The notes below the pieces were generated by a model that was not told where the DNA came from, did not search any database, and saw only the letters and a program-made list of their open reading frames with translations. The position numbers and the translations under genes were made by a program. 64,000 nucleotides of DNA from NCBI GenBank assembly GCA_022071965.1, contig JAJVIQ010000019.1:136793-200792 (forward strand), read 5' to 3'. Each line of letters starts with the position of its first letter. The first letter of the stretch is position 1. This stretch comes from Gammaproteobacteria bacterium. GTDB taxonomy: Bacteria > Pseudomonadota > Gammaproteobacteria > JAJPIJ01. Below, piece by piece: positions 18,757 through 29,877 of this stretch.

Positions 18757-20654
18757 ATGAAGTCAATCCGATACGCGGTTCCCTCACCCTCCTGCAGGAC
18801 GATGGCAAGTCTTGCCTGATCGGCCAGCAATGGCACGATCTGCAGACCCAGTGAAGGTGACTTTCCGAGTGCTATGTTCGGCGGCAATCCCACGCCGTCA
18901 TCGGCAATCAACAGGCGCCGCGGCCTGCCGCTCTCGACCTCAAGCCTGATGTGAATGCGGCCGTCCCGATTGCACGGGAATGCATGCTGTAGGGCATTCG
19001 ACAAGAGTTCGTTCACGAGCAGCCCGCAGGGAATCGCGCGCTGCAGCTCCAGGTGGGCCTCAGGCAGAGCCGCGTCGATCACGATGCGCGGTACTGCGGT
19101 GTCGGGCATTGAGCTGCGAAAGACATTCTCAACCAGACGCCGCAGGTATTCGCCGAGATTCACGCGCGAATGTTCCTTGCGCTCGTAGAGCAGCTCATGC
19201 GTCAAGGCCATCGCCGCGATACGGTTGCGCGATTCAGTGAGGGCCGCTTTGACAACTTCGTCCCGGCTGCTGTCCGCCTGCAGGCTGAGCAGACTGGAAA
19301 TCACCTGCAGATTGTTTTTCACGCGGTGATGTATCTCGTCGAGCAGAAGGGTTTTCTCCTTGAGTGCGGCCTCCACGTGCTCTTGCGCCTGCCGGCGCAG
19401 CGTGATGTCCGTGATTGCGGCGAGCACGGCAGGACCGGCACCCGTGTCGATGAGGCTCAGTCCGACCTCCACGGGAAACTCGGTACCGTCCTTGCGGATC
19501 GCGTACACGTCACGGCCGGCTCCCATTTGGCGGGTTACGGGATCGCGGAAGAACTCCGCGCGCAGACCTACATGCTCGCTGCGCGCGCGCTGCGGCACCA
19601 ACATTTCAATCGACTTGCCCAACAGCTCGTCGCGCATATAGCCGAACAGCCGCTCCGCCTGGTTGTTGACTAACAATATGACTCCACTTTGATCGGTTAT
19701 AAGCATGGAGGTGGGTGCCGCAAGCACGGCGTTTCGGAAACGCTCCTCGCTATCACGCAGGGCTTTTTCGGTGCGTTTGAGATCGCTGATGTCGGCGTAG
19801 GTGCCCAGCATTCCGCCGGCCTGGCCGTGCTGATTGAGCAGAGGCACCTTGGAGATGGACAGCCACACCTGAGCGCCTTCGGCGTCGAGCCTTTCTTCGA
19901 CAACATTGAGCATCGGCTTACGAGAGTCGATCACCCGTGCACGGCTGTCGGCAAGAGACTCGGCGATGGAGGCGCGGGCGGGAATGTCGGTGTCGACCAG
20001 TCCAACGACGTTGCTTCTGCGGACATCGCGTCGAAACGCGCGGTTGGCGCCGAGGAAACGGCCGTCGAGGTCCTGCCAAAAGATTGGCTGCGGTATGACG
20101 TCAATTATCGACCGCAACCAGTGCTCCGAAGCGATTGCCCGATCACCCTGTTTGGTCAGTTCATGCATGACGCCGATCTGCTCGGCAGCAAGGGATAATG
20201 CGTCTACGCAGCCACGACAGTCCTGTCGCGGCTCACCATCCAAAACGGCGAGGAAACCCACCGATCTGCCTCTCTCTTCGAGGATGGCGACGCTGGTCAG
20301 AAAGCGCATCGCGCCGTCGCTGCCTTCCGCAAGCTCGCGAAAGCGCGGATCGGCAAGGGTATCTTTGACAATCAAAGGGACATCCGCCTGCGGTGCATGA
20401 CATGCAAGCAGCCGGACTGCGGCAGAGGTCGACGCGACTCCATGACCCGCCTCCAGCCCGCCTAGACCCTCTAGGCCGAGGCGTACGTACGCCCTCGCCA
20501 CGCGGCAGAGCCGCGCCGACAACCGTACAGCACTTTGCAGAAATCGCCGCCGAACCTCGGCGCCGTGCGTTGTTTGGACGAAGGGTTCAGTGCCGTTATC
20601 CGCGACCATGGCTTGCGCCCAATCAGACATATACGATCGCAGCATTTCCACCAA
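18729..20654 (-). CDS. sensor histidine kinase, HisKA_2/HWE-type, with GAF and PAS domains
   Basis: 641 aa. The H-box EIHHRVKNNLQVISSLLSLQ is HisKA_2. A C-terminal HATPase region (LLVNELLSNALQHAF...DDGVGLPP) is present. It overlaps the downstream response-regulator gene by 28 bp. Confidence 0.8.
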   Translation of the reverse strand: MVEMLRSYMSDWAQAMVADNGTEPFVQTTHGAEVRRRFLQSAVRLSARLCRVARAYVRLGLEGLGGLEAGHGVASTSAAVRLLACHAPQADVPLIVKDTLADPRFRELAEGSDGAMRFLTSVAILEERGRSVGFLAVLDGEPRQDCRGCVDALSLAAEQIGVMHELTKQGDRAIASEHWLRSIIDVIPQPIFWQDLDGRFLGANRAFRRDVRRSNVVGLVDTDIPARASIAESLADSRARVIDSRKPMLNVVEERLDAEGAQVWLSISKVPLLNQHGQAGGMLGTYADISDLKRTEKALRDSEERFRNAVLAAPTSMLITDQSGVILLVNNQAERLFGYMRDELLGKSIEMLVPQRARSEHVGLRAEFFRDPVTRQMGAGRDVYAIRKDGTEFPVEVGLSLIDTGAGPAVLAAITDITLRRQAQEHVEAALKEKTLLLDEIHHRVKNNLQVISSLLSLQADSSRDEVVKAALTESRNRIAAMALTHELLYERKEHSRVNLGEYLRRLVENVFRSSMPDTAVPRIVIDAALPEAHLELQRAIPCGLLVNELLSNALQHAFPCNRDGRIHIRLEVESGRPRRLLIADDGVGLPPNIALGKSPSLGLQIVPLLADQARLAIVLQEGEGTAYRIDFMCPISGENR

Positions 20655-21768
20655 TAAGGCAGGAGTTCCGTGATTGGCCTGCCATCAAACCTCTATCATC
20701 AGCATAGAACGATTTGATCTTGATGCAATATCGGGCATCGATCGCACTGCTATTTCAGTGAGTTGCTCGACCACGCCGTTGCGCCGCGGCGGGGTGCCCA
20801 GGTACCGAGAGCAGGAACTGATCCGCGGTTTCGGCCAGCGGCGCGGCACGCCAATGCCGGACGTCAATGCAAACCCCAATGCCGTCGTAGAAAGAATGGG
20901 ACAGGAACTCCTAGTCAACCGGGCTCACGTCAGAAGCCTGTGCCTCCCTACTGTGAGGTGGACACATAGACGTGGGGACCATCGCTGCCGATACTACCTT
21001 GCGTCGCTGTATGAAGAACCGACAGCGCATTGCATCGCAGCCTTGTAGGGGCATTCAGTTGGTGTTTCGGGGCTATTGGCAAGAAGGTCGGCATCGCGCA
21101 GATTGCGCTCGGCAGCGGCGAGCCGCCTCTGCACCTCGTCGCAATCCGGCGGATGCTGTTTCCGTTGCCCAGTCGTCAATAGGTTCTCAGCGCTCATCGA
21201 CTCCGCCGATCAGCATGGGGCTGGGTTCGGCATCACGCTGGAGACGAATCAGTCCTTAGCCTTGCGCTTGCGCGCGATGTCAGTGACGTGGTAGTGCTCC
21301 GGATTACCGATGCGGGCAGTGGTGATCAGGCTCACCTGCTCCATGCGCTTCGTCACTTGGGGGGCGTTGCGGGCACTCACGCCCGTGAGCCGCGCGATCG
21401 CGCGAATGTGAAGGCGCTACTCGCCGTGTATCAGCAACAGCTCCAGCAGGCGTCGGTGGTTGTCGCCAAACAGCGGGACAGCGGGATCGGTGGGGCTTTG
21501 GGTCTGCCTTGCCGCAGGCGCAACGATCGTTGTCCACACGACAACGCCTTGTAAGGCCTGTTTCCCGACTCGCTGTCGCGAGGCTCGTGTGCCGGACGCC
21601 CGGCAGAGGTCGGGAACCGGGCGAGAGGCGGGCGAATCCGGGGCACTCGCGGGGTAACCAACGGCAATGACCGAGCCCTGTTGTTCCGTCTCGATAGGGG
21701 GTGACGTTCGGTTTTCGATTCCCCTCGCTGCCCAGCAATCGCAGACTATGCTCGAAAGCCCCGCACCG

Positions 21769-22686
21769 TCATTGGCGCATCACGGTCAGCAGCACCTCGT
21801 TGCCGCGGCCGCGGTATTCCACGTCGTCGAAGCACATCAGGCGGCTCATCGCGATGCCGCGGCCATGCAGATCGAAGGCGCGCGCCGGATTGAAGTCGAG
21901 GTAGGCCTGCCAGTCGAATCCGGCCCCCTCGTCGAAGATCGTCAGCGTCACACGGTCAGCGAGATTCTCCAGGATGATCCGCGCCTGGCGCCTGGCGAAT
22001 CGCGGCAGGGAGAGGCGCCGCTCGATCTCCGCCTGCCAGGCGCCGTCGCGCAGCAGCGCCGATTTGTCCTCGTAGGTCAGCTCGAGATTGCCGTGCTCGA
22101 CGGCATTCAGCAGGAACTCCGAGACGCCGGTCACCACGCGCTGCGGGTCCGGGAAGAACAGCGCCAGGTGCGCCGCGAGCGTGCTCACCTCCTCCAGCGT
22201 GCGGCATCTGAACTCTGCGAGGTGCAGCATCGCGTTTCCATGCGCCTGGCGGTTGAGACGCGCCTGAAGATCGCGGTGATTCTTGCCATCGCTGACCGCG
22301 GCGGCGACGATCGCGCGCAGCACGTCGCTGTTGAACGGCTTGGCAAGGTAGTAGTAGGCGCCCTTGGCGATCCCCTCGGCCACCTGCCGCGGCTCCGCCA
22401 GGCCGGTCTGGATGATGACGGGCACGTCGCGCAGGCTCGGATCGGACTTGATCCTGCCGAGAAACTGCATGCCATCCTCGCCTGGCATGTTCCGATCCAG
22501 CAGCACGGCGTCGAAGGCGGGCTGCAGCGGCTGCTTCAGCAGTTCCCATGCGCGATCGCTGCTTTCGGCCACGACCACCTCGAATCCCTCCGGCGCGAGG
22601 TACTTGTCGATGAGCTTGAGATAAAAGGCCTCGTCGTCGACCGCGAGGACGCGGGCCGGGCCGGCCGTCGTCGCCGACAGGCTCAT
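21769..22686 (-). CDS. response regulator: REC domain fused to a HATPase (anti-sigma-factor kinase-like) domain
   Basis: REC is VLAVDDEAFYLKL...LLDRNMPGEDG. The C-terminal half carries NAVEHGN, DEGAGFD and GRGIAMS motifs, as in RsbW/SpoIIAB-like HATPases. A strong GGAGGTGG RBS precedes the ATG at 22686. A GTG at 22722 is an alternative start. Confidence 0.75.
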   Translation of the reverse strand: MSLSATTAGPARVLAVDDEAFYLKLIDKYLAPEGFEVVVAESSDRAWELLKQPLQPAFDAVLLDRNMPGEDGMQFLGRIKSDPSLRDVPVIIQTGLAEPRQVAEGIAKGAYYYLAKPFNSDVLRAIVAAAVSDGKNHRDLQARLNRQAHGNAMLHLAEFRCRTLEEVSTLAAHLALFFPDPQRVVTGVSEFLLNAVEHGNLELTYEDKSALLRDGAWQAEIERRLSLPRFARRQARIILENLADRVTLTIFDEGAGFDWQAYLDFNPARAFDLHGRGIAMSRLMCFDDVEYRGRGNEVLLTVMRQ

Positions 22687-22725
22687 GCATCCACCTCCAT
22701 CATCGTTTCTCTCCCGCGCCACGGG

Positions 22726-23946
22726 CTATTCGTCCGCCGGCGGTTGCCAGGCGATGGCCCAGGCGTGGAGATCCGGCGCCGGCAGGGGGCGGCTGACGAG
22801 AAATCCCTGCGCCAGGTGACATCCGCGTGCCTTCAGCCATCGCCACTGCCCGGCAGTCTGCACACCCTCGGCGATCACCTTCATCCCGAGCTGTTTTGCG
22901 AGCTCGATGGAATTCTCGACGATGGCGCGCGCGACCCCGTCGGTCTCCGCCGCCTGCACGAACTGCATGTCGATCTTCAACTCCGTGAACGGCAGGCGGT
23001 GCAGCGACTCCAGCGACGAGTACCCGGTGCCGAAGTCGTCGATCGAGAGGTTGAATCCCTTGATGCGCAGCCGCGCGAGGATGTCGGCGGCCACGGTGGG
23101 CTGGTTGGCCAGCGAGGTCTCGGTGACCTCGAAGACGATGTGACGATGCGTCATCCCGCGCGAGCCGATGCGCGCCATGACGTGCTCGGGCAAGTGCACG
23201 TCGGAGAGTGCGCTGCCCGGTATGTTGACGGCGAGCACGCCGCTGTAGCCGGCGGTTTCGACCATCTCGGAATAACCGGCCAGCGCGAGCTCCAGCACGC
23301 GTTCGGTCACCGGAACGGCGAACTCCCCGGTCTGCGCGACGGGAATGAACTCCGCGGGGTGGATGAGGCCGTAATGCGGATGCTGCCATCGCACCAGCGC
23401 CTCCACGCCGCGCCAGCTTCCGTCCCCGAAATCGACCTGCGGCTGAAAATGCACCACCAGTTCGTCGGCGTCGAGCGCTCGCCGCAGTTCGCCGGCGGTG
23501 ATCTCCGGCCGGACAGTGCTGCGCCCCGGCGCCTGCTGTTCGGCCCGCAGCAGCGCCAGCAGGTCGGTAACGCTGAAGGGCTTCGGAAGCGCGCCCTTGA
23601 GGTTCAATCCCAGGCCGGTCGCGAGACGCGCGGCCGTGTCGAGCACGCGCCGGTCGAAGCCGCTGATGAGGATGAGTCTGGCCTTGCAGCCGGACTGCGC
23701 CAGCTCGCGTATCACCTCGATGCCGTCGACGTCCGGCATCGCAAGATCCAGCGCAATCACGTCCTGGGCCTGCTGCAGGCCGGCGCGCAGTTCCACCGCC
23801 GCACCGGCCTCCTGCACCTCGAAGCCCGCCTGCCGGCCGACGCGCCGCACCAGCGTCCGTATGCCGGCCTCGTCATCGATGACCAGCAGTCGCGGGCGCG
23901 CCGCCGGGGCTTCCTCCGGCATGTTCAATGCTGCGAGACCTGACAT
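22726..23946 (-). CDS. response regulator REC-EAL (c-di-GMP phosphodiesterase)
   Basis: 406 aa. REC is LLVIDDEAGIR...LDLAMPDVDG. EAL motifs are EALVRW, DDFGTGYSSL and EGVQT. Confidence 0.85.
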   Translation of the reverse strand: MSGLAALNMPEEAPAARPRLLVIDDEAGIRTLVRRVGRQAGFEVQEAGAAVELRAGLQQAQDVIALDLAMPDVDGIEVIRELAQSGCKARLILISGFDRRVLDTAARLATGLGLNLKGALPKPFSVTDLLALLRAEQQAPGRSTVRPEITAGELRRALDADELVVHFQPQVDFGDGSWRGVEALVRWQHPHYGLIHPAEFIPVAQTGEFAVPVTERVLELALAGYSEMVETAGYSGVLAVNIPGSALSDVHLPEHVMARIGSRGMTHRHIVFEVTETSLANQPTVAADILARLRIKGFNLSIDDFGTGYSSLESLHRLPFTELKIDMQFVQAAETDGVARAIVENSIELAKQLGMKVIAEGVQTAGQWRWLKARGCHLAQGFLVSRPLPAPDLHAWAIAWQPPADE

Positions 23947-24061
23947 TGCGAATACTCACCTCCCGCCGCCCGGCGCGGGGCGCGGCGGCAGATTTCTGCG
24001 CGCGGGCTCGCCGGGCGGGAGCCCGGTGCCCGCGACGCGCGTGTCGTGTTCATGACATTCC

Positions 24062-27000
24062 TCATGCCGGCTGGGCGTCACGCTGATCGAGCTCGCGGCG
24101 CACGGCGCGGGCGAGCTCATCACGCCGGAACGGCTTTTCCAGCACCGCCCACTGCTGCTTGACGCCACCGAGCGCATCGTCGGCAAAACCGCTCATCAGC
24201 AGCACGCGCGTGCCCGGATGCTGCCGCATGACCGTTCGCGCGAGCACCGCGCCGTCCATCGGGCCGGGCATGACCACGTCGGTCAGCATCAGATCGAAAC
24301 GCTCGGCCTGCAACCGCCTCAATGCCTCCGCGGGCGAGTCCGCGAGCGCCACCCGGTAGCCGGCCCCGACGAGCCATTCCCGGATGATCCTGCGCAGGTC
24401 GAACTCGTCGTCGACCACCAGCACCGTCTCTCCCGCCCGCGCCACCGGCCGATCGCCCGGCGCCGCCACGGCCTCGTCCTGCCGAGCCGGCGTCGCCGCC
24501 ACCGGCAGCACGAGCCTTACGCAGGTCCCTCTACCCACCGTGCTGCGTATGGTCGCGACGCCGCCGGACTGCCGTGCGAAGCCGTAGACCATCGCCAGAC
24601 CAAGCCCGGTGCCCTTGCCGCGCTCCTTGGTGGTGAAGAACGGGTCGAAGGCGCGCTCGATCGCCTCCGGCGGCATGCCGCAGCCGGTGTCCTCGATCCG
24701 CACCTCGATGTAAGTCCCGGGATCGAGGTCCGCGGCGAGGTGGGTGTCGGCGGCATTGATCAATGCGGTGCCGATGCGCAGCTCGCCGCCGGCGGGCATG
24801 GCGTCGCGCGCGTTGATCACCGTGTTGAGAACGGCGTTGTTGAAGCTGCCCGGGTCGACGTAGGCGCACATGCCGGAAACGCCGCGCTCCAGACGAACCT
24901 CGACCCGCTTGCCGGCGGTCTGACGCAACAGCGGTTCCATCTCGGTCAGGGCGGTGTCGATCTCCACGACCTTCGGCGCCAGCGCCTGGCGCCGCGCCAC
25001 CGCCAGCAGCGACTTGGTCACCTCGACCCCTCGATGCGCCGCCGACATCGCGGTGCCGATGAGCTCGCGCGCCTCGGCGTCGGTCTGCTCCAGCGACAGC
25101 AGGTCGAGACTGCCGACGATGATGCCGAGCATGTTGTTGAAGTCGTGCGCCAGGCCGCCGGTGAGCTGACCGATGGCCTCCATGCGCTGCGCCTGCGCCA
25201 GTTGCTGCTCGGCCAGCACACGGCCGCTGATGTCACGAATGAAGCTGGTGAAGCGGCAGCGGCTGCCGATGCGCACCACGCTCACCTGCAGCTCCACCGG
25301 GAACTCCTGCCCGCCCCTGCGCAGCGCGGCCATGCGCATCACCCGACCGATGATGCGCGGCTCGCCGCCGCGCAGGAAGCGGCGCATGCCCTCCACGTGC
25401 AGGTCCCGGTACGCCGGCGGCACGATGGTCTCGTGCAGGGACCGGCCCATGACCTCGCCCGCCGGCCATCCGAAGAGCTGCTCGGCGCGCGGACTCCAGT
25501 CGACGATGCGGCCGTCCTCGTCGACGGCGACGAAGGCGTCCGGCGAAGACTCGATGACGCTGCGATAGAGGATCTCGGTCTTGCGGCGCTCGGTGACGTC
25601 CCGGAATGACCAAACCCGCCCGGCGACCACGCCGTCGCGCAGCAGCGGGCTGGAGTAGCGTGCGATCAGCCGTCCGTCCCCGACCTGCAGCAGGTGATAG
25701 TCCCGCCACTGATCCTGCGGGCGCAGGTCCGCGGTCTTCGCGGGCGGATCGGTGTTGGTGGCGAGCTGCGCCTGCACGTAATCATGCAGCGCGCGATGCC
25801 CACCGGACTCCGGGACGGCGGCGGGGATGTTCCACATGTCCTGGAAGCAGCGATTGGTGACCAGCGCGTTGCCGCTCCTGTCTTCCACCAGTATGCCGTC
25901 GGAGGTCGACTCGATGACGTCGCGCAGGAACTGCTCGGCGTGCCGGCGCTCGGTGTTGTCGCGCACGATGACCAGCGCCGATGGCCGGCCGTTGAACAGC
26001 ATCCGCGAGGCGATGAGCTCGGCCCACATCTCGGTCCCGTCGCGGCGGGAAAGCCTGACCTCGTAACGTCGCGGCGGATCCTCCTCGCTGTTTACCCGGT
26101 GTTCGTAGCGCCCTACGACGAGATCCCGGAAATCCGGCGCCACCACCTCCGCCAGGGGCATCCCGATCAGCTCCTCGCGGCGGTATCCGAGCAGGGCGGC
26201 AAGCGCGGCGTTCACGATCACCAGGCGGTAGTCCTGCACGACCCACACACCGTCGGCCATCTCATCGAGCAGGTTGCGGTATTTCTGCTCGCTCTCGGCC
26301 AGCGCCCGCTCGGTGCGCACGCGCTCGATGGCAATGCCTGCGAGCCGGGATTTCAGCGCGATGAGCGCCAGGTCGGCCTCGCCGGGGCGGCGCGGCGCGG
26401 CGTAATACAGGGCGAACGTGCCGAGCACCACACCGTCACTGCCGAAGATCGGCATGGACCAGCACGCCACGATGCCGGCACGGGCGGCAAGGTCCCGATA
26501 CGGCGCCCAGTAGGGATGCGTCCGCACGTCTTCGACAACCAGGAGTTCGCGGCGATGGGCGGCGGACCCGCAACTGCCGCACTCCGGCCCGATCTCGATG
26601 CCATCGATTGCCTCGGAGTAAAAGGCCGGCAGGCTGGGCGCGGCGCCGTGGAGCAGGCGGCGCCCGGAGTCGTCGAGCAGAAGGATCGAGCACCGCACGT
26701 CGGGGTCCATCTTCTCGACGCTGGACGCGATGCGGTCGAGCACGACCCCCAGCGACTCGCCCCTCGCCACCATCTCGAGGATCGCGGCGCGCGAGCTGTC
26801 CTGCATCTGCAGGTGCCTGCGCTCGGAGATGTCGAGGCACGACCCGATGAAGCCGCACAGCACTCCCTCGGCGGTGTAGCGCGCCCGTCCCGCATCGAGC
26901 ACCCACCGCCAGACGCCATCGTGGCGGCGCCGCCGGTATTCCACGCTGAAGTCCTCGCCCGATCTGAACCCATCGCGATAGCCCGCCTGCGCCGAGTCGA

Positions 27001-28918
27001 GGTCATCGGGATGCATGTCGCGCCGCCAGTCCTCGGCGACCTCCGCCTCCAGGGTGCGCCCGGAGAATTCCAGCCACGCGCGGTTGAAATACGTGCCGTG
27101 TCCGTCGGTGCCCGCCACCCAGATCATCACGGCGGTGGAGTCGGCCAGAGAGCGGAACCGCGCCTCGCTCTCGATCAGCGACAGCTCCGCGAGCCTGCGG
27201 ACCGTGACGTCGCGGGCGACGCCGAGCAGGCCGATCAGGCAGCCGTCCGGGCCACGCATGGGCAGCTTGATGGTCTCCGTGCACAGGCGGCTGCCGTCGG
27301 GGTTTACGAGGTCCTCCTCTCTTCGTGTCGCTTCGCTGCCAGCCATCGCGACCAGGTCATCGCGCCTGAAACCGGCCGCGGTCGCGGCGTCGACCAGCTC
27401 GAAGTCCGTGCGTCCGACTATCTCCTGCTCGGGCCTGCCGAAATAGCGCTCGACGGCCGAATTGCACAGGCGGTACACGCCCGCCTCGTCCTTCAGGAAC
27501 ACGTAATCGGGTATGGCGTTGAGAATCGTCCGCAGCAGATTGTGCTCGGCGGCGAGCGCCTCCTCGGCGATCTTCCTGGCGGAGGTGTCGAGCACGGTGC
27601 CGAAGGCCCGCACGGGCACGCCCCTGGCGTCCTTCACCGTGCGGGCGCGGGCGCGCACCCATCGGACCTGTCCGCCGACGACGATGCGATGCTCGATGTC
27701 GAAGCCTCCCCCCTGCCCCGCCTGCCGCCAGGCCGCGTGGACCCGGGCGCGGTCCGCCGAATGCACGATGCCGTCGAACGCCTCGCGCGAAGCGGGCGTG
27801 GACGGATCGATGCCGAGCAGGCGGTACATGTTCGGCGACCAGCGCACGCCGCCCGTGGCTGCCTCCGCCTCCCAGTGCGCGAGTCCGCTCACCGATTCGG
27901 CCTCCTGCAGCGCCTGCGTGCTGTCCCGCAGCAAGGCCTCGCTGCGCATGCGCCGGCGCAACATGCAGACGAGCGACACCAGCAACACGGCCGCGGCGGT
28001 CCCCGACAGCAGTGCGCGTTGCGCCCACGGCGCGAGATACTCGCGCGTGGCGAGACCGACGGCGATGTACAGCGGGTAGCCGCCGACGCGCCGGAATCCG
28101 TAGATCCTCTCCGCTCCGTCGACCGGCGAGACGTAGCGTTCCACGCCGGCGTACTCGCCCCGCGCGATGCGCCTGTATGACGGCGTCCCCGGCGCCGTCG
28201 CTCCGGGGTCCTGAAACGGCGGCCGCCGCAGCAGCAGGCCGTCGTCGTCCACGCGGCGCAGCACGATGGCGCCCTCCCCGCCCAGATCGACGTCCCGGAA
28301 CAGCCGTTCGAGTTGGCCGGTGTCGAGGATCAGGGCTACCGCACCGTTTACCGCGCCCGCCGTGTCCCTCGTGAGGCGGTAGAAAAGCAATGGCAGTCCG
28401 CCGCCCGCCGGCCCGCGCACCGGGCTGCCGACAATGAGGCCCCCGGCGCCCCCGAAATCGATCTGCTCGGTGATCGCGGGTCCGGCGGGCGTCGTCGCGC
28501 CGCTTGCCGGATCCACGAGGATCCAGCCGCTGCGGTCCGGCGCGACGACGGCAAGCCGCCCGAGATCGGTCTCCGTCAACGCACCCCGGCGAAGGTCCGC
28601 GCTCGCCAACAGGGAGTGCAAATCCGACGGGTCGCGAGACGCCTCGCCGGCCAACATGGCCGCCGCCGCGGCGAGATCGCGGTCGGCGCGTGCCACGGTG
28701 AAGCGCAGCTCGTGCTCGATGACGCGCGCAAGGTTTTCCACGGTGGTGCGGGCCACGCGATGCGCGTCGCGATAGCCTGACCAGATGAAATAGCCGAACA
28801 GCGCCAGCGTCGCCAGCAGGACGACGGCGAACGCCGCCCCCTCCCGGCGAATGTCCGCGGGGATCGCGGCTGTCCCGCCCGTGCAGATCGGATCTCTCGT
28901 TGGTTCGTGACGCATCAT
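24062..28918 (-). CDS. hybrid sensor histidine kinase: two TM helices flanking a periplasmic sensor domain, multiple PAS and GAF domains, HisKA, HATPase and a C-terminal REC
   Basis: About 1600 aa. The H-box is [19 protein letters not shown]. HATPase contains [18 protein letters not shown]. The C-terminal REC is [11 protein letters not shown]...TDVVMPG. The RBS GAGGGAGA sits before ATGATG at about 28918. The ORF is open to 28960. Confidence 0.85.
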   Translation of the reverse strand: MMRHEPTRDPICTGGTAAIPADIRREGAAFAVVLLATLALFGYFIWSGYRDAHRVARTTVENLARVIEHELRFTVARADRDLAAAAAMLAGEASRDPSDLHSLLASADLRRGALTETDLGRLAVVAPDRSGWILVDPASGATTPAGPAITEQIDFGGAGGLIVGSPVRGPAGGGLPLLFYRLTRDTAGAVNGAVALILDTGQLERLFRDVDLGGEGAIVLRRVDDDGLLLRRPPFQDPGATAPGTPSYRRIARGEYAGVERYVSPVDGAERIYGFRRVGGYPLYIAVGLATREYLAPWAQRALLSGTAAAVLLVSLVCMLRRRMRSEALLRDSTQALQEAESVSGLAHWEAEAATGGVRWSPNMYRLLGIDPSTPASREAFDGIVHSADRARVHAAWRQAGQGGGFDIEHRIVVGGQVRWVRARARTVKDARGVPVRAFGTVLDTSARKIAEEALAAEHNLLRTILNAIPDYVFLKDEAGVYRLCNSAVERYFGRPEQEIVGRTDFELVDAATAAGFRRDDLVAMAGSEATRREEDLVNPDGSRLCTETIKLPMRGPDGCLIGLLGVARDVTVRRLAELSLIESEARFRSLADSTAVMIWVAGTDGHGTYFNRAWLEFSGRTLEAEVAEDWRRDMHPDDLDSAQAGYRDGFRSGEDFSVEYRRRRHDGVWRWVLDAGRARYTAEGVLCGFIGSCLDISERRHLQMQDSSRAAILEMVARGESLGVVLDRIASSVEKMDPDVRCSILLLDDSGRRLLHGAAPSLPAFYSEAIDGIEIGPECGSCGSAAHRRELLVVEDVRTHPYWAPYRDLAARAGIVACWSMPIFGSDGVVLGTFALYYAAPRRPGEADLALIALKSRLAGIAIERVRTERALAESEQKYRNLLDEMADGVWVVQDYRLVIVNAALAALLGYRREELIGMPLAEVVAPDFRDLVVGRYEHRVNSEEDPPRRYEVRLSRRDGTEMWAELIASRMLFNGRPSALVIVRDNTERRHAEQFLRDVIESTSDGILVEDRSGNALVTNRCFQDMWNIPAAVPESGGHRALHDYVQAQLATNTDPPAKTADLRPQDQWRDYHLLQVGDGRLIARYSSPLLRDGVVAGRVWSFRDVTERRKTEILYRSVIESSPDAFVAVDEDGRIVDWSPRAEQLFGWPAGEVMGRSLHETIVPPAYRDLHVEGMRRFLRGGEPRIIGRVMRMAALRRGGQEFPVELQVSVVRIGSRCRFTSFIRDISGRVLAEQQLAQAQRMEAIGQLTGGLAHDFNNMLGIIVGSLDLLSLEQTDAEARELIGTAMSAAHRGVEVTKSLLAVARRQALAPKVVEIDTALTEMEPLLRQTAGKRVEVRLERGVSGMCAYVDPGSFNNAVLNTVINARDAMPAGGELRIGTALINAADTHLAADLDPGTYIEVRIEDTGCGMPPEAIERAFDPFFTTKERGKGTGLGLAMVYGFARQSGGVATIRSTVGRGTCVRLVLPVAATPARQDEAVAAPGDRPVARAGETVLVVDDEFDLRRIIREWLVGAGYRVALADSPAEALRRLQAERFDLMLTDVVMPGPMDGAVLARTVMRQHPGTRVLLMSGFADDALGGVKQQWAVLEKPFRRDELARAVRRELDQRDAQPA

Positions 28919-29256
28919 TCTCCCTCGTCCCGACGCCGCGGTTGCAGCCCCGCTGGCCAATGACGACGGCCGGGCGCAACGTCATTTCGGCGCCCTGGGC
29001 GCCGATACGCTCCCTCTCCAGCCCATTTACAGTCTAAGCCCTGACCCGCAGCCGGCCATGTTGTCTAGCAAGATAGGGACCGTTGTAGCGCATCAGGAGC
29101 CACTGCGCCGGGTGCGGTCGGGATGCGGCCGTGGCGTCCCACGACGAGACCCCACCGCCGCCCGTCCGATCTGGCCCATCCGGCCCATAGAATTTCGGCG
29201 CCGGAATGTGGTCCAATCGCGCACCAACCAGGAGGCCGCCCGGGCGAGAAGGCGAC

Positions 29257-29877
29257 ATGGGAGAGCACTTCCTCTACACAGATCAGAGCAGCGACCGGCT
29301 GCTGTGGCGCCGCCGCCAGTTCCTGCTCTCGCTGCTGGCGGGCGCCGGGGCCGTGGCCACCGGGCGCGCGGTCGCCGACGTCCTGCCCATGGCGCCGGGC
29401 GGCGGCCTGCCCTCGCCGCTCGCCCACGTGCTCGAGGAGGCGCCCTGGCCGCTGCTGGAGGGGGTGCAATCGCACCTGCTGCCCACCGAGGCCGACAGTC
29501 CCGGCGCGGCGCAGGTGAACGCGCTCGCCTATCTGCAGGACGCGCTCGGCCGCGACGACGCCGATGCGATCGAGGATCGAAAATTCATCACGGCCGGCGC
29601 GGTCTTCCTGCGCAAGCGGATCGCGCTCGACTACGGCGGCCGCGTCTTCGAGGAGCTCGGTGAGGAGGAGCGCGAGGCGGCGCTGCGCAAGATGGCCGGG
29701 AGCGCCGACGGCGGCAACTGGATCTCGCTGGTGATGTACTACCTGCTCGAGGCCCTGCTGGCCGACCCGGTCTACGGCGGCAACACCGACGAGGTCGGCT
29801 GGAAGTGGCTGGGATACACGGCCGGATTCCCGCGGCCGCCGATCGGCAAGCGCTATTTCGAGATCAGGCCGGCATGA
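29257..29877 (+). CDS. gluconate 2-dehydrogenase subunit 3-like small subunit with Tat signal
   Basis: A twin-arginine motif WRRRQFLLSLLAGAGA is present, and GAGAAGG is a likely RBS. ATGA overlap with the downstream GMC oxidoreductase. Confidence 0.7.
   Translation: MGEHFLYTDQSSDRLLWRRRQFLLSLLAGAGAVATGRAVADVLPMAPGGGLPSPLAHVLEEAPWPLLEGVQSHLLPTEADSPGAAQVNALAYLQDALGRDDADAIEDRKFITAGAVFLRKRIALDYGGRVFEELGEEEREAALRKMAGSADGGNWISLVMYYLLEALLADPVYGGNTDEVGWKWLGYTAGFPRPPIGKRYFEIRPA

Noticed and set aside
20655-21300. Second copy of the tRNA-Leu 3' repeat marking the right border of the low-GC block
   Set aside because: I searched by eye for TCTCTCGGCACCA-like words and found none. The right boundary of the acquired region remains undefined.
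21667-23943. 758-aa plus-strand ORF
   Set aside because: Lies entirely antisense to two well-supported response-regulator genes. Composition (R, A, G, L) is typical of GC-rich non-coding frames.
24218-28180. 463-aa and 828-aa plus-strand ORFs, and many 100-500-aa ORFs on both strands
   Set aside because: All overlap the 1600-aa hybrid kinase gene, whose domain content is unambiguous.
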